From an uncultured Candidatus Saccharibacteria bacterium (lineage in GTDB: Bacteria > Patescibacteriota > Minisyncoccia > Phycocordibacterales > DATDWN01): a stretch of DNA of 64,000 nt. A program made the translations under genes and the position numbers. Of this stretch, positions 58,837 through 64,000 are shown piece after piece (within the stretch, counting starts at the first letter, position 1; each line of letters opens with the position of its first letter). Under the pieces are notes generated by a model. The model was not told the origin of the DNA and did not search any database. It saw nothing but the letters and a program-made list of their open reading frames with translations. The stretch is from positions 5,508 to 69,507 of the forward strand of contig CAZQVT010000002.1 of the NCBI GenBank assembly GCA_964596875.1. Direction: 5' to 3'.

Positions 58837-59595
58837 ATGAAAAAACAGAAAAAACTGATTGTGGGGAACTGGAAGATGAATCCGGTTGAAGTAGAAGATG
58901 CCAAAGACATTGTAAGTGCAGTCAAAAGAAGCGCGGCGAAATTAAAGAAAGCCCAAGTGGTTGTTTGTCCTCCATTTGTATACACATCATTATTTACAAA
59001 ATCTAAGGGCACAAACTTTTTCCTTGGTGCACAAAATGCAAACTCTGAAACTTCTGGTTCATATACTGGTGAAGTAAGTTTCTCAATGCTGTATCAGCTT
59101 GGTGTGCGTTTTGTTATCGTTGGACACTCTGAGAGGCGAAAGATGGGGGAAACAGACGAAGTTGTAAACAACAAAGTAAAATCTGTTGTAAACGGAGGTA
59201 TGACAGCGATTGTTTGTATTGGAGAGTCTAATAGAGATCATAACGGAGATTATCTTGAGTTAATCAGAAAACAAATTCACATTGCTTTAACTGATGTTCC
59301 TAAAAAACTCTTACCTCAAGTAGTTATTGCGTATGAACCTGTCTGGGCTATTGGAGCAACGAGTGCTATGTCGCCAAGAGATTTACATGAAATGTATATT
59401 TATATTAAAAAAGTTTTAAACGATATGTTTAGTATCGCAAGTGATGATGTGAGGATCCTTTATGGTGGTTCAGTAGACAGTGTAAATGCAGAAGAACTTA
59501 TGAAAGAGGGAAATGTTTCAGGATTTTTGATTGGAAGGCAGAGTCTGGCACCAAAAGATTTTATAGAAATTATGAAACTAGTAGACCAAAACTAA
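58837..59595 (+). CDS. tpiA: Triosephosphate isomerase
   Basis: LIVGNWKMN...VGHSERR...AYEPVWAIG. The start is taken at M45 of the ORF. Confidence 0.9.
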   Translation: MKKQKKLIVGNWKMNPVEVEDAKDIVSAVKRSAAKLKKAQVVVCPPFVYTSLFTKSKGTNFFLGAQNANSETSGSYTGEVSFSMLYQLGVRFVIVGHSERRKMGETDEVVNNKVKSVVNGGMTAIVCIGESNRDHNGDYLELIRKQIHIALTDVPKKLLPQVVIAYEPVWAIGATSAMSPRDLHEMYIYIKKVLNDMFSIASDDVRILYGGSVDSVNAEELMKEGNVSGFLIGRQSLAPKDFIEIMKLVDQN

Positions 59596-59596
59596 A

Positions 59597-60730
59597 ATGA
59601 AATATCTAAATGACTTAGCAGAAGGGGATTTGAAAGGTAAATACGTGTTACTAAGACTTGATCTAAACGTGCCTATTATAAATGGTGAGGTAAATGACAC
59701 TTTTAGACTAGATAGAGTTATAGATACAGTAGATTTATTGCGAGAGAAAGGCGCGAGAACTATTATTATTTCTCATATAGAAAGTGGCGACAAAACATTA
59801 GTCCCTGTTTGGCATTATCTAAACGGCTTTTTTCCTCTAGAGTTTTCTCCTACATACTTTACTGCTGAATCTATAGAAAAAGTTTCAAAACTAGAAGACA
59901 GAGGGGTGATACTTTTCGAAAACCTTCGAGTAAACCCGGGCGAGAAAGAAAACGATGAAGAGTTTGCAAAAAAACTTTCACAAATGGCGGAGATTTATGT
60001 AAATGATGCTTTCGCAGTTTCACACAGAAAACACGCTTCTATTGTCGGTGTGCCAAAGTTTCTACCATCTTATGCAGGACTTCTTATGCGACAGGAGGTA
60101 GAACACTTGGGAAAAGCCTTTAACCCAGAGCGACCATTTATTTTTATACTTGGCGGAGCAAAGTTTGAAACAAAAATGCCACTCATCACAAAGTTTATCG
60201 GAAAGGCAGATAAAATTTTCCTTGCAGGTGCACTCGCAAACAATATTTTCAAAGAAAGAGGTTTGGAACTTGGGACATCACTTGTTTCAGAAGTTACTGC
60301 GGACTTGCGAGGTATATCTAACAGTGAAAAAGTCGTAACACCAACGGATGTTACTGTAACAAACGGAAACAAAGAAGTAATAAACAGAAGAGATTGTGAA
60401 CTGTTGAAAGACGAGTGCATTGTAGATGTTGGTCAGGAGACTATTCATCAGTTACAAAATTTAGTTAAGGGAAGTAGAACTATTTTGTGGAATGGTCCTT
60501 TGGGAAACTATGAGTTAGGTTTTCAAGATAAGACAGAAGTGCTAGCAAAAATGGTGGCAGATCTTACAAAAAATGAAGGCGTTACTTCTATAGTTGGTGG
60601 GGGAGATACTATTGCTTCGATAAACAAACTTGGCTTAAACGATGATTTCACTTTTATTTCTACTGGAGGCGGTGCGATGTTGGACTACCTGGTGAACGAA
60701 ACCCTCCCCGGTCTGGACGCACTTAAATAA
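59597..60730 (+). CDS. pgk: Phosphoglycerate kinase
   Basis: VLLRLDLNVP N-terminus and a full-length PGK. Confidence 0.95.
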   Translation: MKYLNDLAEGDLKGKYVLLRLDLNVPIINGEVNDTFRLDRVIDTVDLLREKGARTIIISHIESGDKTLVPVWHYLNGFFPLEFSPTYFTAESIEKVSKLEDRGVILFENLRVNPGEKENDEEFAKKLSQMAEIYVNDAFAVSHRKHASIVGVPKFLPSYAGLLMRQEVEHLGKAFNPERPFIFILGGAKFETKMPLITKFIGKADKIFLAGALANNIFKERGLELGTSLVSEVTADLRGISNSEKVVTPTDVTVTNGNKEVINRRDCELLKDECIVDVGQETIHQLQNLVKGSRTILWNGPLGNYELGFQDKTEVLAKMVADLTKNEGVTSIVGGGDTIASINKLGLNDDFTFISTGGGAMLDYLVNETLPGLDALK

Positions 60731-60743
60731 TTCACTAGAAAAA

Positions 60744-60771
60744 CCGCACACTTGGAGGAGTGTGCGGTTTT
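60744..60771. terminator. pgk terminator hairpin CCGCACACTtggaggAGTGTGCGG plus TTTT. It is also the left direct repeat flanking the GC-rich cassette.
   Basis: The identical 28-mer occurs again at 61501..61528. Confidence 0.75.
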
Positions 60772-60927
60772 ACTATGCTTGACTTTAATGCATATATTGT
60801 GGCATAATTTAGGAGTAGAAGTTCTTTTATTAAGATTAGTGTAGTCATAGCCAAAAGAGGTTTAAGTACAGACACTTTTTGGCTATGACTACATCGTGTG
60901 GTCCGCTAGCACAACCATGGAGGTTGT

Positions 60928-61467
60928 ATGAAGATCAGTGATGTCTCGAAACTCAGGGGACCGCTCGGAGAACTCATGAACCAGCTTCTCGGCCAGAACG
61001 GTGAGGAGCGACTTGCAGAACTCAACCTCTGGCTCAAGCGAGTCGGTGTTGGGATTCTCCTCACCATCGACCGAACTCTGACTGCCGAACAGGCAGTGGA
61101 GAAGACCGGTCGAGTCTGGTGGCACAAGAACCAGGTGGAGCTCGACAACGCTCCAATCTCTGGATCGTTTCAAGTCTCGCTGGAGATCTTCGAGCTCGAC
61201 TACGAGCCGACGCTGGTGGAACTCGACAGAGAGTACGCCTCTCGGGGTCTCAAGCCTGATCTCTCGGCTCTCTCACAGTACATATGCGAGAAGCCGGAAG
61301 CAGCAGACGACAGACCCATCGCTTGCCAGTGGGGTTTCAAGCCCGAAGGTACTGCAGCGTGCGCCGTCTTTAACCGGGGCACCTCGGAGCGCGGTGTGTT
61401 CGTGGACCGCTTCGGCACTCGCTGGGGTCGTCTGTATCGTTTCGCCGGCGTTCGTGAAGTCAAGTAA
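60928..61467 (+). CDS. Hypothetical 179-aa protein on a 58% GC cassette
   Basis: A GGAGGT SD lies 7 nt upstream. The codon usage is unlike the AT-rich neighbours. No recognisable domain. Confidence 0.5.
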   Translation: MKISDVSKLRGPLGELMNQLLGQNGEERLAELNLWLKRVGVGILLTIDRTLTAEQAVEKTGRVWWHKNQVELDNAPISGSFQVSLEIFELDYEPTLVELDREYASRGLKPDLSALSQYICEKPEAADDRPIACQWGFKPEGTAACAVFNRGTSERGVFVDRFGTRWGRLYRFAGVREVK

Positions 61468-61500
61468 CACAAGCCCTCAACTATGAGGCAAAATATATGA

Positions 61501-61528
61501 CCGCACACTTGGAGGAGTGTGCGGTTTT
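61501..61528. terminator. Second copy of the CCGCACACTTGGAGGAGTGTGCGGTTTT hairpin. It terminates both the cassette gene (+) and the HIT gene (-).
   Basis: Direct repeat of 60744..60771. Confidence 0.75.
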
Positions 61529-61532
61529 TCGT

Positions 61533-61874
61533 TTATATTTCGTTCAAGTCCTTGTTTTCTGTTGTTTGAAGCTTAAGCGGTATTAGGTGAACATGAACAT
61601 GTGGAACATCTGTGCCAACGATTCCTAATCTAACATAGTCAGCGTCGTAATCATTTTTAAGTTGTAATCCAAGTTTTTTTGCCACCTTAAATAATTCAGT
61701 ATATGTTTCGTCCGGTACATCCAGAAACCATCTATGATGATCTTTGGTTATAAGGAGTGTGTGACCGGGTGCTTTCGGGTGGATATCGAGGAAAGCTATA
61801 GTTTTATCATCCTCATAAGTTTTTTTAGCTGGTATTTCTCCACTTACTATTTTGCAAAATATACAGTCATTCAT
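61533..61874 (-). CDS. HIT-family (histidine triad) hydrolase
   Basis: MNDCIFCKI...HVHVHLIP. Confidence 0.85.
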   Translation of the reverse strand: MNDCIFCKIVSGEIPAKKTYEDDKTIAFLDIHPKAPGHTLLITKDHHRWFLDVPDETYTELFKVAKKLGLQLKNDYDADYVRLGIVGTDVPHVHVHLIPLKLQTTENKDLNEI

Positions 61875-62108
61875 AAACTTTATATTACCACAAAAACCTC
61901 GTTGAACTCATGACTTTTGTGGAACATCGCGGAACCCGTGAAGAGGTGAGTGAGAAAGTCTGGGAGACTTTCGCAAGACCTTGAGCACAAAGTGGCGAAA
62001 GGTGTACAGTTCCTGTAAGGAACGAAGAAATTTGCCAGCAGGCGAATATTCTGTTTCCAGAAAAGTTATGAGGAAAAAGAGGTTGTTTATGTGTGCTAAA
62101 CTATTGGG

Positions 62109-63845
62109 ATGACTAAATACGCTGTACGAAAGCTTATTCCGAAAAAGGCAGACAAAAATCTAGAGGGCTACTCTCCACTTGTGAAATCCCTACTTCACAC
62201 TAGAGGGATAGAAGACTCAGATACAGCAGAGAAGTTTCTAAACCCAAAGTATGAAGACTTGCACGACCCCTTTTTGCTTAAAAATATAGACAAGGCAGTA
62301 GAGAGAATATTGTCGGCGATAAAGACGGATGAAAAGATTGGGATTTTCTCTGACTATGATGCAGATGGTATTCCTGGTGCAGTAGCACTACACGACTTTT
62401 TCAAAAAGATTGGTTTTGATAATTTTATAAACTATATTCCACTTCGAAACGAGGAGGGCTTTGGTCTAAACGACACAGCGATAGAAAATCTTAGAGACCA
62501 GGGAGTAAAACTTGTTATCACGATAGACTGCGGTATTACAGATGTTTCCCAGGTAGAACTTGCAAATAAGTTTGGTATGGATGTGATTATCACCGACCAC
62601 CACTTGCCACATGCAGAAGTTCCAAAAGCATTTGCAATAATAAACCCAAAACAAGAAGGGTGTGAGTATCCAGACAAAATGCTTTGTGGTAGTGGAGTGA
62701 TTTTCAAACTGATCCAAGCACTTATAAAACGTGGAAATGAAACTGGAGTTTTTGAGCTGAAGGATGGTCAGGAAAAGTGGTTTCTAGATATGGTGGGACT
62801 AGCGACACTATCGGATATGGTGCCACTTACAAATGAAAACAGAATTATCTCGTACTACGGAATGAAAGTTTTACAAAGAAGTCCTCGTCCAGGGCTTCAG
62901 AAACTACTTGCACTACTTAAGATAAACCAAAACAAACTTACCGAAGACGATATTGGCTTTATGATAACTCCTCGCATAAACGCAGCGTCTCGTATGGGGG
63001 TGCCACTCGATGCCTTTAAACTACTTTCTACAAAAGACGAGGTGGAGGCTGGGGTTTTGGCAAAACATTTGGATGAAAAAAACAGTGAGAGAAAAGGTGT
63101 GGTGGGAAGTATGATACGAGAGATAAAAAAGAAAATAGAGGACAGGGGGGAGGGTGTTAGAAACGTTTTGGTTTTCGGAAATCCAGAATGGAAACCGTCA
63201 CTATTAGGCCTTGTTGCAAATAGTTTTTCAGATGAACACGCGAGACCATCATTTTTCTGGGGAAGAAACGGCGAAACAGAAAGTGACGGTGGAGTAATAA
63301 AGGGCTCATGTCGAAGTGGTAGCAATATAAATATCGTAAAACTAATGGAGAAAACTAAAGAGTCTTTTGTAGACTATGGAGGGCACCAAGGTGCTGGTGG
63401 GTTCTCAGTCCTTCCGGAAAAAATACACACCTTGGAGGAGGATCTAAACAATGCCTTTCTAGAGCTAGAAAAAACAGGAGAACTATTGGATGAGGAAGAG
63501 GTTTGGGTAGATAAGGTTTTGAGTTTGGATGATGTGAGTTGGAATACTTGGAGAGACTTGGAAAAGTTTGCACCTTTTGGACTAGATAATCCTAAACCAC
63601 TTTTTCTTTTTGAAAATGTAGAGATAGTAAACTCTAAACTTTTTGGTAAAGAAAAAAACCATCTTGAGTTAACTTTTAGAAAAAATGACGGTAAAGAAGT
63701 AAAAGCTATAGCATTTTTTGAAAACGGAGATGGTTACAACGGCAAAGCAAAAACAGGGGAGAAGATAAACCTAGTGGGTCACATAGAAAAGTCCGACTTT
63801 AGAAATTTCCCAGAATTGAGACTGCGAATAGTCGATGTTTACTAA
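62109..63845 (+). CDS. recJ: Single-stranded-DNA-specific exonuclease RecJ
   Basis: DHH motifs (DYDADGI, ITDHH), a DHHA1 GGGH motif and a C-terminal OB fold. Confidence 0.9.
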   Translation: MTKYAVRKLIPKKADKNLEGYSPLVKSLLHTRGIEDSDTAEKFLNPKYEDLHDPFLLKNIDKAVERILSAIKTDEKIGIFSDYDADGIPGAVALHDFFKKIGFDNFINYIPLRNEEGFGLNDTAIENLRDQGVKLVITIDCGITDVSQVELANKFGMDVIITDHHLPHAEVPKAFAIINPKQEGCEYPDKMLCGSGVIFKLIQALIKRGNETGVFELKDGQEKWFLDMVGLATLSDMVPLTNENRIISYYGMKVLQRSPRPGLQKLLALLKINQNKLTEDDIGFMITPRINAASRMGVPLDAFKLLSTKDEVEAGVLAKHLDEKNSERKGVVGSMIREIKKKIEDRGEGVRNVLVFGNPEWKPSLLGLVANSFSDEHARPSFFWGRNGETESDGGVIKGSCRSGSNINIVKLMEKTKESFVDYGGHQGAGGFSVLPEKIHTLEEDLNNAFLELEKTGELLDEEEVWVDKVLSLDDVSWNTWRDLEKFAPFGLDNPKPLFLFENVEIVNSKLFGKEKNHLELTFRKNDGKEVKAIAFFENGDGYNGKAKTGEKINLVGHIEKSDFRNFPELRLRIVDVY

Positions 63846-63894
63846 TTTGACAAGTATTTAAAAAAGTTTTAATTTATCGGTAAGGGGAGTGACA

Positions 63895-64000
63895 TGGCAT
63901 TGTTTCGTTACGCCGTACTTCTGGTGGTCAAGGCAATATTGATCACCTTGGTCTTTCGAGTCCTGGTGGTGGTACTCGGGTATTCGGAGCAGTTCCCGTC
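63895..64000 (+). CDS. Partial ORF (runs off the window) for a hydrophobic protein. It is GC-rich with a GGGGAG SD.
   Basis: MALFRYAVLLVVKAILITLVFRVLVVVLGYSEQFP... The local GC is about 52%. Confidence 0.3.

Noticed and set aside
61940-61975. RNase P RNA P4-like motif GAGAAAGTCTGGGAG
   Set aside because: The locus is only about 230 nt and the rest of the RNase P core is absent. It is simply a local hairpin.
1-64000. CRISPR arrays
   Set aside because: No regularly spaced identical direct repeats with unique spacers were seen. The only periodic repeats are the 3 to 4 iteron-like units at 212..285.

Overview
This is a low-GC (about 35%), gene-dense bacterial segment whose content and architecture look like a Candidate Phyla Radiation / Patescibacteria-type genome. 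The evidence is a short YidC, many genes with no Shine-Dalgarno sequence, a type IV pilus locus and a conjugation-type secretion module. All of this is read from the sequence alone, with no database searches run.

The window covers the replication-origin neighbourhood: rpmH-rnpA-yidC lies on one strand and dnaA-dnaN on the other, with DnaA boxes (TTATCCACA) in the dnaN-dnaA spacer. Housekeeping genes present are gatB, obg, tyrS, a class A PBP, ksgA, a UvrD/PcrA helicase, comM, rpsO, xerC/D, xth, cca, hup, rny, clpP, rsmE, tig, ppa, nusA, tpiA, pgk, a HIT protein and recJ. There are four tRNAs: Arg-TCG, Gly-GCC, Pro-TGG and Gly-TCC.

Two surface-machinery loci stand out. The first is an 11-gene minus-strand operon (12436..24612). 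It encodes a Gram-positive/ICE-like type IV secretion module: a PrgI/VirB3-like protein, a VirB4/ConE-like ATPase that is split into two ORFs, a VirB6-like polytopic protein, a VirB2-topology protein, and several secreted or membrane proteins of unknown function. No coupling protein or relaxase lies in the window. The second locus is a type IV pilus cluster of pilB, pilC, two pilin-like genes (one about 600 aa) and a PilX-like gene.

Two accessory signals are superimposed on this backbone. First, a family of roughly 100 to 125 bp hairpin-bearing intergenic repeats sits at gene 3' ends. I found at least 8 copies in 3 subtypes, and the inner stems show compensatory substitutions between copies. 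Second, at least three self-contained GC-rich (50 to 65%) single-gene cassettes interrupt the AT-rich backbone. One is a KGG-repeat stress protein typical of high-GC Gram-positives. One sits between pilB and pilC. One lies between 28-bp direct repeats that duplicate the pgk terminator. A fourth GC-rich gene begins at the window end.

The first 1.7 kb looks like the relic of a mobile replicon: a DnaA box with iteron-like direct repeats, an IS30-type HTH fragment and an excisionase-like HTH protein.
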